Assembly (NCBI RefSeq): GCF_006345805.1 | Contig: NC_043013.1 | Location: 46,624,001 to 46,688,000, forward strand | DNA: 64,000 nucleotides | Direction of reading: 5' to 3' | From: Octopus sinensis | Lineage: Eukaryota | Shown: positions 1-13,371 of the stretch, in pieces | Layout of the letters: each line of letters opens with the position of its first letter | How positions within the stretch are numbered: position 1 is the first letter of the stretch | The notes under the pieces: generated by a model | The model's input: only the letters and a program-made list of their open reading frames with translations | Told to the model about the DNA's origin: nothing | Database searches by the model: none | Program-made: the position numbers and the translations under genes

Positions 1-2272
1 ACTGTAAATAATTTCCATGATGGTCTTCAAGTTTTTATTTATATCCAATCAACCTTCATTATCTTACTAATTTTGCAGGATTTAGATAATTACATGTCAC
101 TTCTTTCTTACTTTTGGCGATGACCAGTTGAACGCAACTTGTAGTAAAGTACAAACATTTCACTGAATTTAACTGATGAATATGTAATCCTATTTACACG
201 TTAAGGGTTATTTCATGAAGTTTTTTCCCCCTTATTTTCCATGTTAATTGGTTTTTAGTAATTATTTCTGTTTATCTCATTATAGATTCCTTGACAGTCA
301 GTATTAGAATTAGGGATTTTTCATTCCGAAATGAAATATTAAATCCTCTTGTCCATGTCAAGGCGAGTACAACGCATGTGAGAGATTAATAAAAACATTC
401 TACACTAAAAGAATCCTACACCACTGAACACAGAAGCCATGTTTCAATTTAAATTTTTAAAGAAATCTCTTACATGAGATTCCCGACATTTCTCAGTTCT
501 TTCAAATCCCTTAATTCGCATCGATCCTCAACCCTGTATTCATATCAACATTTTGAAACTAGTTCTTGCCGACCATTGTCATAGTAACTCCGAATCTTAC
601 TGTATAACATAAACTCTATAATCCTATAATACTTACTATCAGATGTTTGTCATTTCTCTGTAGATACAGCCATTTTAATATTGGCTGCGTAGAAAAGTAT
701 TGGTTAACATAAGATCTATGTTATCATTTGCTATATTAAAGACAAAGTGTAAACTTTGTGTTACTCGTGCCTACACCATTTCATACTAATATTGATATCA
801 ATGGAAAAGTTTTTATATTAGTATGAATTATTGTTTATATTAGTAGTCACATGTGGTTATACAATGAAGCACACTACAGTTATATAGCATCGCTTCTTGG
901 ATTTAATCATTATTTCATATCTTTTATTTTATCCCGATTTTCTTTAATAAATTTACCGTTTTCAGATTAAACTAAGATAAATAAATGTTTTAATTAATTA
1001 CTAGATTCCCCGCGAAATTTCTTTTTATCAATTACGGGATTCAAAAAGTATGGAATTTTAATAGATTACCATCTAGTTCTTATCTGCTCTTTTAATTTGA
1101 TTGCATCTAAGCGCACTCACATAGCTACAGTCGGTATTTTTTCAATCGAAAGACATGGACAATTCATAATGAATTAAATAACCATTTAAACACAACAAAA
1201 AGCAGGCAACCTTTAGAAATAGTGATAAAAATATTCTTCCCAGCTACAACTTCTTCATGCATTATTCAAAACAAAATGCAATCAAACAACGAACTGAACA
1301 CATATCTTTTAATTCACGGAAGAAAGAAAGGGGAATCACGTTATTACTTTTATCGAACGAAATATGTTGAATACGTCCAATTTCTAACGAATAATAATAA
1401 TAATAATAATAATAATAACTGCTCTCTCACTCAATAATAATAATGATGATGATGGTGATGATTGCACTGATGCAATACCTGGCAGTAGCTCTCATAGCTT
1501 CTGTTCTTAACTGATTGTAAGTGTTATCATGTCCATGTTTTGTCTTGGTGTGAAAGATGGGCTACAGCGAATATTCCGTTCAATACCACAGATTTGCTCG
1601 TCAGTTACTTGACCTTATTCAGGTGAACATGTCGTTTAGTGGCTGACGATATGTGCATCTCCGAACATGAGCAAGACATGTTGGTGTGCACCATAGCCAT
1701 GTGTCGACATTCTTTGGGATTTCAATAATTCACCACTGGAAACAGTGTTTCGTCCGTCATCCTTAAACAACCCTCATTCAGGGATCTTTTGAGCAGGATG
1801 GGCTACTCAACACGTAGAAAAGAAAATTCTAACTGGGCTCTCCATCCATCCGTCCGTCCGTCCGTCCGTCCGTCCGTCCATCCATCTGTCCGTCTGTTTG
1901 TCTGTCTGTCTGTGCATGGACGCAGATATGGCTGAGAAGTTCGATTCGGATACAGGAGGTTTCAATTTCAATCACATTGCGTGGCATTGTGTTTACCTCA
2001 TCCTCAGATCAATCGAAACCTTGTGAGTGAATTTGCTTCGATGGAAACTGTGCCGAATCCCACTGATTGGTCTGTAGCTGCAATTCAAATGTAAAACTCT
2101 GTGATATGTGACGGTTAGGGTGCACTTGTCTACAGAATACTTAGTCACCTCGAAAGGTAATTTAATGTAAATTTACTCGGGAAACAGGTTCCTTCCCTAC
2201 GAGAAATGAGATGGGGTTATACCAAGCACTGACTTCAAATTTAATCAAACTTTATCAGTGACCCATTACTCT

Positions 2273-2364
<92 letters not shown>

Positions 2365-2399
2365 TACATACAAAGTTGATCTTGAAAGCAAAGTAAGGG

Positions 2400-2790
2400 G
2401 AAGTCATACAGATGATTCAAATTGCACCTGTTGGTTGAGCAATCCTTTGTCTGTACAAAGAATCCTTTCACCCAAGCAATTCATTTGCACCATCGGTGAA
2501 CCCAATTCAAGATTCCTTAAAATATTTAGATGTGCACTGTTGTACCTCTTTCTTCAGGGCCTCTGTAACCACGTTTGTCTTATATCGTAGTTTTCAAAAA
2601 TTGTCCTTCATTGGCCTGAACACAGAGAGGCTGGAGTGCGCTAAATTCGGTTAATACCACATAGTTTCTGTTTGGATCCCATTGTTTGCCTGTGATGAAG
2701 AAGTGGAAGAAGAGTTACAACAGAAAAAGAATTACTCAAACAACATAGGACGTTCGAATGAACAATTTGAGCGACCTACGTCAGTAAATA
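2400..2790 (-). mobile_element. Degenerate mariner transposase C-terminal remnant
   Basis: Manual minus-strand translation gives PNLAHSSLSVFRPMKDNF (cf. mariner PDLAPSDFHLFGPMK) and GILNWVHRWCK*I (cf. GIxxLVxRWxKCI), with stops and frameshifts. Confidence 0.45.
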
Positions 2791-3209
2791 AAGAATCTAT
2801 ACCTACTTTGCCTTAATTTCGGGACAACTGGCTTGTATGTATAAGCATGTATGTATAAGCATGTATGTATAAGCATGTATGTATGTATGTATGTATGTAT
2901 GTATGTATGTATGTATGTATGTATGTATGTGTGTTTGTATGTAACAGCAACGCATGGGTAACAAAAATGAATGTTTGTGTGCGCGCGTGTGTGAGCCAGT
3001 GTTCCTGTAACCAGAATGAAATAATATTTATTAGTGACTGAGGTAGTATTAGTATCGAAATGTAACATTTATCCTCACTTAAACGTGAGTGTTCTGTTAG
3101 AATAAGTTATACTGCATAAGATGCCACGAGAGAAACTCTCATATTGGTTTTTGGTGCAAATGCACTAAACCAATATGAAGGATTCTCTCATAGTAACTAC
3201 CACAGTATA

Positions 3210-3441
3210 TATTTCTTTACTGCCCACAAGGGGCTAAACATAGAGGGGACAAACAAGGACAGACAAAGGGATTAAGTCGATTACATCGACCCCAGTGCGT
3301 AACTGGTATTTTATTTATCAACCCCGAAAAGATGAAAGGCAAAGTCGACCTCGGCGGAATTTGATCTCAGAACATTACGACAGACGAAATACAGCTAAGC
3401 ATTTCGCCCGTCGTGCTACCGTTTCTGCCAGCTCACCGCCT
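3210..3441 (-). mobile_element. tRNA-derived Nin/Deu-like SINE, tail type A, full monomer
   Basis: A/B-box-like head (GGCAGAAACG..TAGC, GAGTTCAAATTCC-like); central GTCGACTTTGCCTTTCATC...GGGGTTGATAAA resembling the Nin/Deu domain; imperfect ~19-bp TSD TA(G/C)TAACTA(C/T)CACAGTATA at 3191-3209 and 3442-3460; many copies in the window. Confidence 0.85.
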
Positions 3442-3667
3442 TACTAACTATCACAGTATAGTTTGTTCTGACACAACACCCACGTTTAAGTGGGAATAAA
3501 TATTACCTCTCAGAACGAAATAAGCACTGATATTTTTCAGAAAAATTATTAAAGGAAGGCGTTGTCCCAACATGGTCGCAGTCCAATGATTGAAATCCAT
3601 AAAAACGCAAAAGAAAGAATCCTCTTCTTCTGTTTAACATTACGTGACTAGGACATTGTGACTCTCT

Positions 3668-3918
3668 CTTTTTACTCCCTTCTACTTGTTTCAGTCATTT
3701 GACTGCGGCTATGCTGGAGCACCGCCTCTAGTCGAGTAAATCGACCCCAGGACTTATTCTTTGTAAGCCTAATACTTATTCCATCAGTCTCTTTTGCCGA
3801 ACCGCTAAGTTACGGGGACGTAAACACACCAGCATCGGTTGTCAAGTGATGTTAGGGGGATACAAACACAGGCACACAAACACACAGACACACGCACACA
3901 CACACAGACACGCACACA

Positions 3919-3974
<56 letters not shown>

Positions 3975-4143
3975 CATACGACGGGCTTCTTTCAGTTTCC
4001 GTCTACCAAATCTACTCACAAGGATTTTGTCGGCCCGAGGCTATAGTAGAAGACACTTGTCCAAGGTGCCATGCAGTGGGACTGAACCCGGAACCATGTA
4101 GTTCGTAAGCAAGCTATAATTACCACACAGCCACTCCTACGCC
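3668..4143 (-). mobile_element. tRNA-derived CORE-like SINE with internal (CA)n/(TA)n tract
   Basis: Head GGCGTAGGAGTGGCTGTGTGG..GGTTCAGTCCC, CACCTTGGACAAGTG motif, internal microsatellite, tail GGCGGTGCTCCAGCATAGCCGCAGTCAAATGACTGAAACAAGT; more than 10 related copies in the window. Confidence 0.85.
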
Positions 4144-4689
4144 TTCACTTTTCATGGCAATAGGCCATTTCATGCAAATAGGTATTTCAGGAGGTTTGTT
4201 GACCTATTTCTAGCTTATTTAGTGAGCACGTTGAAGCTTCATAAGTAGAATAGTATATATAAGTACCACATTGTTGCAAAAGCATCAAGTTCTCCCACAC
4301 GACAAGGCTAGATAATTCGAAGAGAATGTAAATACTAACAGGAATTAACGAAATGCTTTAAAAAATTCAGTACTGTCTTAGGGATTTCAAATCCGGATTT
4401 ATCTGCTAAGCTTTTGTCGTGAATGGGTTCAGTTGAAGGCAACAAAGTCTAGAGCTGTCTTCCCTTTAGAGGGATTAATTATAGAATAATATTGAGGAGT
4501 CACAACTGCACTAAATATAACCACAAACATAAGCACAGCTGTCTACATATACGCATACACATGGATAAACATACATACATATGCATTTGTGTGAGTGTGT
4601 ATATATATCTATCTATCTATATATATATCTATATATGAGTATATATATATATATATATATATAAATATATCGTTGTCATTTTATCGTGT

Positions 4690-5465
4690 GTCTGATAGTT
4701 TGTTTGGCTTTTGACTGCTTCTTCCCTTCTGTCCGTGTTTATGCCTCTGATGACTTGCATGGAAGCGTCTGTTGCAAAGTTCACAAGGGATCCGTGGTTG
4801 TTACAGCCTACATTTTCTGGCTAGTGGAGGCATATGGCCTAGTGATTAGAGCAGCATTCGCGGTCGTGGGATCGCGGGTTCGAATCTTCAGACCTGGTGA
4901 TGTGTGTGTTTATGAGCGAAAACACCCAAGTTCCACGCGGCTCCGGCAGAAGATAATGGCGAACCTCTGCTGACTCTTTCGCCACAACTTTCTCTCACTC
5001 TTTCCTCCTGCATCTTGCAGCTCACCTGTGACGGACCGGCGTCCCGTCCAGGTGAGGAACCTATACACCAAAGAAACCGGGAAACCGGCCCTTATGAGCC
5101 AGACGTGGCTCGAGAAGGAATATTTTCTTGCTTGTCGTTCCTCTTCTTCTTTCCTGTTCCGTTCAGCTTCAAAATAATCTGTCACACTGGAGATGAAATG
5201 CTGCAAGCGGGGCCTGTCCTATCATGAACTTCAATGTCCCAGGTTTTGGGATCGATTCCAATCAGTTTTAGGTGTTGCTTCAGATGGTCTTTGTATCGAC
5301 GGAGGTGACGCCCACAGTGACATCTTCCAGTGGAAAGTTCATCATCACATTAAATTTGAGGAGGCAGCCTGGTTTCTTTCATTCTTGTTACGTGGCTTAA
5401 CCATCACAGACGATGTTTCAGGATGTTGGCCTCGACGCAGCTGCTTGTCGTTCTCTCCATATATG
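4690..5465 (-). mobile_element. RTE-clade LINE 3' remnant, interrupted by a SINE
   Basis: Minus-strand translation WLSHVTRMKETRLP...RRYKDHLKQHLKLIGIDPKTW, then FEAERNRKEEEERQARK and a CELCNRRFH zinc-finger-like end, typical of the RTE C-terminus. Confidence 0.7.
4824..5120 (+). mobile_element. Meta-like tRNA SINE, body M2 + tail T1
   Basis: Head TGGCCTAGTGATTAG..GGGTTCGAATCTT; body TTTATGAGCGAAAACACC..; tail GGAAACCGGCCCTTATGAGCCAG..GGCTCGAGAAGGAA; matches the copy at 57842-58142. Confidence 0.8.
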
Positions 5466-5834
5466 TATATATATAGTAAAATATTTAACACTTAAAATTG
5501 GAAGTTGAGTGAGAACCCACAAACACTTATAATTTTCAAGAGAGAAATATCCTCATAGGATGTTTTTGGTGCCTAAGCGCACATCACGGCTATCGCTAGC
5601 GGCAGATAATCGCTGCTGTCTTTTGGTATCAATATTGCTTCTGCAGCTTTCTGTACACACACTCTCTCTCTCTCACACACCCAAACACACAAATACACGC
5701 ACACATACACACACAAACACACAAGCACACACACAAAGAGACACACATACACGCACAAACGCACACAGATACACCCCCACACATGTATATATATGTATAT
5801 ATATATATATATATATTATATATATTATATATAT

Positions 5835-5879
<45 letters not shown>

Positions 5880-6400
5880 TATATATATATGTATGTATAT
5901 ATGTGTGTGTATATGTATGTGAGTATGTGTTTGAACCCCTATCACCGATGGACAACCAGTGCTGGTGTGATTACGTCCACGTAACGTAGCGGTTCGAATA
6001 AGTATTAAGTTTTGAAGGAAAAAGGTACTGAGTTCGATTTGTTCAACTGAAATCCTTCAATGCGATGCTTCAGCATGGCCACAGTCTAATAAGTGAAAGA
6101 AATGAAAGATATAAGTTATATAAGTTATGTTATATAAGGTATATCTGTGTGTGATTGTGGTGGTGGTGGTGGTGGTGGTGGTGTGTGTGTGTGTGTGTGT
6201 ATAAATGCGCACATGCATGTATACATTCAAACGATCACCCAGAATCTTTGTCGTTAGCTAACTGACTCATTCCTTATTTATAAATAGGTCGATGATGATA
6301 AAGAAGCCCTCTGGGTATCCCTATATTGCGAACTCTGAGGTTTCATTGCTAACGTTGCGAATATATATTTGCAAATGTCCGTCGAACGACAGTATATCAT

Positions 6401-6811
6401 GGCGAGCTGGCAGAAACGTTAGCGCGCCGGGCGAAATGCTTAGCCGTATTTCGTCTGCCGTTACGTTCTGAGTTCAAATTCCGCCGAGGTCGACTTTGCC
6501 TTTCATCCTTTCGGGGTCGATTAAATATGTACCAGTTACGCACTGGGGTTGATATAATCGACTTAATCCTTTGTCTGTCCTTGTTTGTCCTCTCTGTGTT
6601 TAACCTCTTGTAGGTAGTAAAGAAATACGTATTTCGTCTGCCGTTACGTTCTGAGTTCAAATTCCGCCGAGGTCGACTTTGCCTTTCATCCTTTCGGGGT
6701 CGATTAAATAAGAACCAGTTACGCACTGGGGTCGATGTAATCGACTTAATCCGTTTGTCTGTCCTTGTTTGTCCTCTCTGTGTTTAGCCCCTTGTGGGTA
6801 GTAAAGAAATA
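6401..6811 (+). mobile_element. Nin/Deu-like SINE type A dimer (full unit + headless unit)
   Basis: Second unit joined at AAGAAATAC|GTATTTCG (~6628); 10-bp TSD AGTATATCAT at 6391-6400 and 6812-6821. Confidence 0.85.
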
Positions 6812-6874
6812 AGTATATCATATAGTCCAGTGATGCTTGTGAGATTGATTTTATCTCAACTATGCAAACTTAAT

Positions 6875-7124
6875 GTGGAGGCGCGTGGCTTAGTGGTTAG
6901 GGTGTTAGACTCATGATCGTAAGATTGTGGTTTCCATTCCGGGACCAGGTGACCTGTTGTATTCTTGAGCAAAACACTTCATTTTCACGTTGCTCCAGTT
7001 CACTCAGCTGGCAAAAATGAGTAATCCTGCGACGGATAGGCGCCCCGTCCAGGTGGGGGAATATATACGCCACTGAAACCAGGAAACCGGCCCTTATGAG
7101 CCTGGCATAGCTCCAGAAGGAAAC
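6875..7124 (+). mobile_element. Meta-like tRNA SINE, body M1 + tail T1
   Basis: GGCTTAGTGGTTAG head; TTCTTGAGCAAAACACTT..CACGTTGCTCCAG..CTCAGCTG body; T1 tail shared with 4824-5120. Confidence 0.75.
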
Positions 7125-7315
7125 ACATAATGCCTCTCAATTAGCAGTGTCATTTAATTTTTATTTGTCATTTCTAAGTACAATTATACAACTGACGATT
7201 TAATTAATCTATTCTGGAAAGATGAACAACAAACTGAATTTCGAAGAGATTTCAACACCAATTTCTGTAAATCAAGGGCTGTGCGATTTCTGCTTGTTCT
7301 TTATCTAATGAACAT

Positions 7316-7616
7316 GTGAAGGTGCGTGGCATGGCGGTTAGTGTATTTGGCTTACGATCGTAAGGTCATGCGTTCGATTCCTGACGGCACCTTGTGTTCT
7401 TGAACAAGACACTTTATTTCACGTTGCTCCAGTCGACTCAGCTGGCAAAAGTAAGTTGTACCTGTATTTCAAAGGGCTAGCCTTGTCACATCCTGTATTA
7501 CGCTGAAAACACCCTGTAAACTACGCTAAGTGTTCCCGTGTAAGTGGAGTGCTCAGCCACTTAGACGTTAATTCCATGAGCAGGCTGGAACCCGCGTCGT
7601 CGAAACTGACAGAGTG
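7316..7616 (+). mobile_element. Meta-like tRNA SINE, body M1 + tail T2
   Basis: M1 body as at 6875; tail GTTGTACCTGTATTTCAAAGGG...GTCGTCGAAACTGACAGAGTG shared with 56952-57337. Confidence 0.7.
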
Positions 7617-7687
7617 TCAGTTTATATAATGGATGATATATGATTTAGTGAAAGTGCTAAGTGTGCATTTCTTCCAAATAATATTCT

Positions 7688-7896
7688 TATTTCTTAACTG
7701 CCCATAAGGGGCTAAACACAGAAGGAACAAACAAGGACAGACACACGGATTAAGTCGATTATATCGACCCCAGTGCGTAACTGGTACTTATTTAATCGAC
7801 TCCAAAAGGATGAAAGGCAAAGTCAACCTCGGCGGAATTTGAACTCAGAACGTAACGGCAGACGAAATACCTATTTCTTTACTACCCACAAGGGCA
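7688..7896 (-). mobile_element. Nin/Deu-like SINE type A headless unit plus truncated second unit
   Basis: Same ~180-bp unit and GAAATACCTATTTC junction (~7864-7877) as in the other arrays. Confidence 0.75.
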
Positions 7897-8160
7897 ACGT
7901 TCTTTCATATTCAGATTCTGAGTTCAAATCCCATCAGGTAGGTTGTCTTTTTTTTTTATTTACTTCTTTCAAGATCGATGAAATACGTATCAGTCAGGTG
8001 TTGAGGTCGATATTATTGACTGCACTCGCTCGAATGGCTGGAAATCAGTGGAAAAATTAGAACGGTAATGTTGAGGGTAAATGGAATACCTTTTATAACT
8101 CATTGGAGAATCGATACTGGATAGCTTTCGCTATAGTTAGAGACGTCCAGTAAGACATTA

Positions 8161-8215
<55 letters not shown>

Positions 8216-8609
8216 AAGATAATAACATTATACATATATGTATCTGTGTGCACATATAGAGATTCTTACCCATTTACTCTAATACACATCTTTTCTTTTC
8301 ATATAGATATTGACCATAGTTCAAACCCAAATCATATTACGATATTAGAAACTCTATAGGATTTGATTAACAGAGTAAAGCTGACACACACACACAGACA
8401 GACACATGAAAAGACAGACACATACACACACAGATGTGTATATATATATATATATATATATAGCTATCTATACAATCGACAGATAATGTGTGTAAAGGGG
8501 GATCAGTATTCCGATATAATACGTTCTCTAGAATGTCGCACTGACGTGGTGTAAATGTAGGACAACGAAAGATTAAATTACAAAATGTGTGTGTTGTGTC
8601 GTGTTGTGT

Positions 8610-8640
<31 letters not shown>

Positions 8641-9590
8641 TGTGTGTGTGTGTGTGTTGTGTGTGTGTGTGTTGTGTTATCTGTGAATATGTTTTCTCGC
8701 AGTTCTCCGTATCATCACTCCGATTTGGTTGACCTCAGTCAACTTACACCGACCAAAAATAATAGAATATATGACAAGACAAATGAATAGCGAAGCCTGC
8801 TGCTGTATATGTTGTATATGTGTTTCTGGCTAGAAAGCTGGACAAAATGACCGCCGCCAAAGAAAGTCCATTTTATCTATGAAAAGAAATCTGGTTTGGA
8901 AAGGAAAGACAAACTAAGCTAGTCTTGTTGGTAGAACGGTAGTAAATTTTTCGTTACATTCCAAAGATTGAGTAGTCGGTAACTGTGTACTGGCAACTAT
9001 TAGTTCCTTAAATCGATGAACTACACTTTGAAGCAAGGCAGAGATACAAGATGGCTGCTGGTGCCATGACATTGCAACTGTTTGTCAAAGTGGATTATAT
9101 CATAGATTCGTGCAAGAGAGGAGTGGTCGGACATAATGCCAAGCTTTGAGTGACATAAGCAGAGTTGTTCTAGTTTGGTTTGCTCTCGTTTAGGTTTAGG
9201 TAGGAACTAGGGACTAGAAATGTCAAAGAGACTTATTTTGAGGATATTTATTTGAATAAGTACGGCAGAAACTTCGTGGCAGTTAAGTATGAAGTAATGG
9301 ATTTATATTAAATATAAAGGAAGGCTAACTTTAATGATTTTAAGGAAACTGTTGGTCTCTGTGCGTTGCCGTGTATGAAAGGAAGTCGAACCTATCCCTG
9401 TATATCAGAGTTTGCAATTGTTTGTCGGTTTAAACAGATTACACATGGAAGAGACCGTTGTTGGGAAACAGTACTTACGCACCTGTACAACGAACACACA
9501 TACGGGTACACGCACAGGTACTAACGTGAACCTGCACGTGATTATGCACGTATATGCGCGTTATGCATCTATACGTACATTTTATACACT

Positions 9591-9642
<52 letters not shown>

Positions 9643-9711
9643 GCATATACATAGATACCAACATGTATGTATGTAGGTAGGTATGGATATATATGAATGT
9701 ATGCATGTACG

Positions 9712-9712
<1 letters not shown>

Positions 9713-9756
<44 letters not shown>

Positions 9757-9793
9757 GTCTGACTGTCTGTCTGTTTGTCTGTCGGTCTGTCTG

Positions 9794-9837
<44 letters not shown>

Positions 9838-9900
9838 CCTACCTACCTACCTACCTACATACCTACATACATACCTATCTATCTATCTATCTATCTTATA

Positions 9901-9941
<41 letters not shown>

Positions 9942-10043
9942 GTCTGACTGTCTGTCTGTTTGTCTGTCGGTCTGTCTGTCTATCTATCTATCTATCTATC
10001 TATCTACCTACCTACCTACCTACCTACATACCTACATACATAC

Positions 10044-10135
<92 letters not shown>
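9713..10135. repeat. Compound (TATC)n/(TGTC)n/(TACC)n microsatellite with ~185-bp internal duplication
   Basis: Diagnostic variant TGTCTGACTGTCTGTCTGTTTGTCTGTCGG recurs near 9761 and 9946. Confidence 0.9.
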
Positions 10136-10559
10136 TCATCTCTGTTTGACGTTACATATGCATTTGTAAGTAGATGCCGCCTTGAGCTAACTATAGTGTT
10201 TTAACACTTTTCTGTCTTAAGCCAGAATGCTTTTTTCCGAAACAAACTGCAGTGAAAATCCTTTACAAGTGTTCAAATGTCACATAAGCGTATTTGAACT
10301 GGTCTTAAATTTTTATACAAACCTACCTAGCTACCTACATAGATACAGACATACACACACATACTCACACATTAAATCACATCGTTTCATTTCCATGTAG
10401 TAATGGTATAGGTGCTTTATTTGTTTTGAGCATGATCCTGTAAATCGTAAAAGAGAGAGCACTTTGCTCTCATGTGTTTATTTCCTCCCTGCCTGAGGTT
10501 ACCGTGGTCTTTTCTGTAGGCTTTTCTTTCCACGGATGAACCTCATCTTGTTTGTTACT

Positions 10560-10753
10560 TTGAAAAAATTTTTTTTTTCTTTCTGTGATACACGATCCCT
10601 TTTGATCGCTTTTTTTTTCTTCCGATTCCTTTTGATCGAAATTTTACATTTGTTTCCTTTTTTTCTTCTTTTTCCTTTTCCACCTCCGAAAAGAAAAGCT
10701 CTACATTTATAATTGTCCCCTCTGTGTCCAGCCCTGTGTGGCCAATAAAGAAA
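10560..10753 (+). mobile_element. Retroelement 3'-end fragment sharing its terminal motif with the Tx1 LINE and type A SINE
   Basis: CGATCCCTTTTGATCG hairpin, AAAAGAAAAGCTCTACATT, terminal TGTGTCCAGCCCTGTGTGGCCAATAAAGAAA; related copy at ~20585-20732. Confidence 0.55.
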
Positions 10754-11012
10754 GTTATCTTACATTGTTTTGTATTGAAGGAAATGACAATAGGAGAGCA
10801 TTCAGATCTGAAACCACTGCGATGGTTCCAATAAACAGTGAACTTGCTCTGTTCATACAAATGTTAGGGCCTAGCGTATAGCTGTCATAATTTTCTTAAT
10901 ATCGATTTTATGGGTTTTTTCCCTCTACGCGAATTCGAAAGCAATCTGAAGTTTATTAAAATAGAAATGCACAACATTTGCTGATGTAGTTTTTCTTTCA
11001 TGCAAACAATAT

Positions 11013-11177
11013 GGCGCAGGAGTGGCTGTGTGGTAAGTAGCTTGCTAACCAACCACATGGTTCCGGGTTCAGTCCCACTGCGTGGCATCTTGGGCAAGTG
11101 TCTTCTGCTATAGCCCCGGGCCGACCAATGCCTTGTGAGTGGATTTGGTATACGGAAACTGAAAGAAGCCTGTCGTA

Positions 11178-11251
<74 letters not shown>

Positions 11252-11475
11252 AGTTTTGTTGTCTGTGTTTGTCCCCCTAGCATTGCTTGACAACCGATGC
11301 TGGTGTGTTTACGTCCCCGTCACTTAGCGGTTCGCAAAAAGAGCCCGATAGAATAAGTATTGGGCTTACAAAAGAATAAGTCCCGGGGTCGATTTGCTCG
11401 ACTAAAGGCGGTGCTCCAGCATGGCCGCAGTCAAATGACTGAAACAAGTAAAAGAGTAAAAGAGTAAAAGAGTAA
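11013..11475 (+). mobile_element. CORE-like SINE, full length, with internal (TA)n and (GAGTAAAA)n tail
   Basis: Complete head, body and tail as at 3668-4143 and 61844-62250. Confidence 0.9.
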
Positions 11476-11559
11476 TCTCTTTAAAACGTAATTTAATCCC
11501 ACCTAGATTCTACCGATCAGTAAGGATACTGTAATGATACTAATATCGTCACTGGTGAA

Positions 11560-11785
11560 GGCGGCGAGCTGGTAGAAGCGTTACTACGCCGGGCAAAATA
11601 CTTAGCGGCATTCTGTCCGTCTCAGTTCAAATTTTCAGTTCAAATTTTACCGAGGTCGGCATTGTCTTTCATCCTTTTGGAATCGATAAATTAAGTACCA
11701 GTTGAGCAACTCAGGTCGATGTATTCGACTTACCCCACTCGCCCGAAAATGCTGGCCATGTGGTAAAATTTGGAACCAATATTAT
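11560..11785 (+). mobile_element. Nin/Deu-like SINE, tail type B
   Basis: Same head and central domain as type A but tail GCTGGCCATGTGGTAAAATTTGGAACCAATATT. Confidence 0.75.
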
Positions 11786-11836
11786 CACTGGTACAGTTCG
11801 ATGTTCAGGTTTCCAATCCATAGAAGCTCCATCTGG

Positions 11837-11936
11837 NNNNNNNNNNNNNNNNNNNNNNNNNNNNNNNNNNNNNNNNNNNNNNNNNNNNNNNNNNNNNNNN
11901 NNNNNNNNNNNNNNNNNNNNNNNNNNNNNNNNNNNN
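11837..11936. other. Assembly gap (100 N)
   Basis: Run of exactly 100 N. Confidence 1.
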
Positions 11937-11939
11937 CGT

Positions 11940-12190
11940 GCGCACATCCACACCAGTTGTCAAGCGATGGTGGGGGACAAGCTGACACAATGACACACAA
12001 ACACATACACATACACACACGCATACATGCGACGGGCTTCTTTCAGTTTTCCATCTACCAAATCCACTCACAAGGCTTTTTGTCGGCCCGAGGCTATAGT
12101 AGAAGTCACTTGTCCATGGTTCCTCGCAGAGGACTGAACCCAGAACCGTGTGGTTGAGAAGTAAGCTTCTTAACACACAACCACGCCTGT
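11940..12190 (-). mobile_element. CORE-like SINE, partial (3' part lost at the gap)
   Basis: GACGGGCTTCTTTCAGTTT..CAAGGCTTT..ACACTT-like body and head, on the reverse strand. Confidence 0.75.
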
Positions 12191-12315
12191 AAACATTTTC
12201 GAAATGTCTTTAACATAATAATGGATACCTACCTACCTACCTACCTACCTACCTACCTACCTACCTACATACATACATACATACATACATACATACATAC
12301 ATACATACATACACA

Positions 12316-12430
12316 TCTATGGTCAACCTGTGTTGGCTTCAGATTTTGCAGGCCCTTGGGCGGCAACCTCAAAGGCTTTATCCTAATCTGGCACTGCCTG
12401 CACTGCCTTAATGCGGCACAGCCGACAGTT
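12316..12430 (-). mobile_element. Unclassified repeat end adjacent to (TACA)n
   Basis: ATCTATGGTCAACCTGTGTTGGCTTCAGATTTTGCAGGCCCTTGGG..CAACCTCAAAGGCT recurs at ~13762-13826, both times directly after a (TACA)n tract. Confidence 0.6.
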
Positions 12431-13371
12431 ATAAAAAAACCTTTTTGAACGCGTTACCATCAATTGATTTCTCAATGAATATTGATTTATTTTTCACTTA
12501 CCGCTCATAGCTTTGACCTTATTGTGAAGCATATAGTGAACGTTGTGACCTACGTGGCTTCCTTAATTACAATAATTTGCATAACTGTATTGAAAAACTT
12601 TTTAAAAGAGAATCCAAATTACTTGGTTGGTTTGACATCTTCCATGTCTTCCCACCACTCACATAATAGTCTTGCTTACAGTTTCTGGCATTCGAATTCC
12701 AGTAGTTAATTTTTTATATTTTTTTTTTAGTTGTAACGTCAATATTATCTGAATCATTAACATAATCGAATGAATTGTGCGTTGCAACACTTCATTTATT
12801 GACTTTGGAGAGATAAAAGTCGAAGTCAATTTGGCAGGATTTGAAATCATATCGTAGTGTGTTTGGGTGAAACTAATACTGCGAGGCCTCAACTTTGGCT
12901 CTCAACCATGTCAGACAAGTAAATCTTAATAAAATATTAAGAACTTACATAAAAAGGATAGAGCAACAATAGAAACCAGTTTTGATACTACATTTCTAAT
13001 CGTTGATTGGCATCTTTCGTGATCATTGGCAGTAGAATACTCGCAATGTTAACAGCCACAAACAACAAACTCATCAGTAGGATGAGTCAACTGTTACATA
13101 GTCAAAAATATATAATTAAAAAAATACGCCAAGAACAACGCATAACAATCCAGTTACTAGTATAAAACGTAATATTGTGAGTTAAGTACAGTGAGAGAAC
13201 CCTCAAACTGTGTATTCATGAGGGATGGCAAAGAGCTCGTCTTTAAATTTATATCTTAGGGCGAAACTGAATGTTAACCTGGAGTAGGTGCATAATTTTA
13301 GGCCCTTTGCATGTTAATACATACATACATACATACATACATACATTCATACATACATACATACATACATT

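Noticed and set aside
1460-1835. Suspected interspersed repeat next to a (GAT)n tract
   Set aside because: No second copy in the window and no diagnostic termini, so it cannot be supported from this sequence.
11702-12176. ORFs spanning the N gap
   Set aside because: Open only because the Ns hide stop codons.
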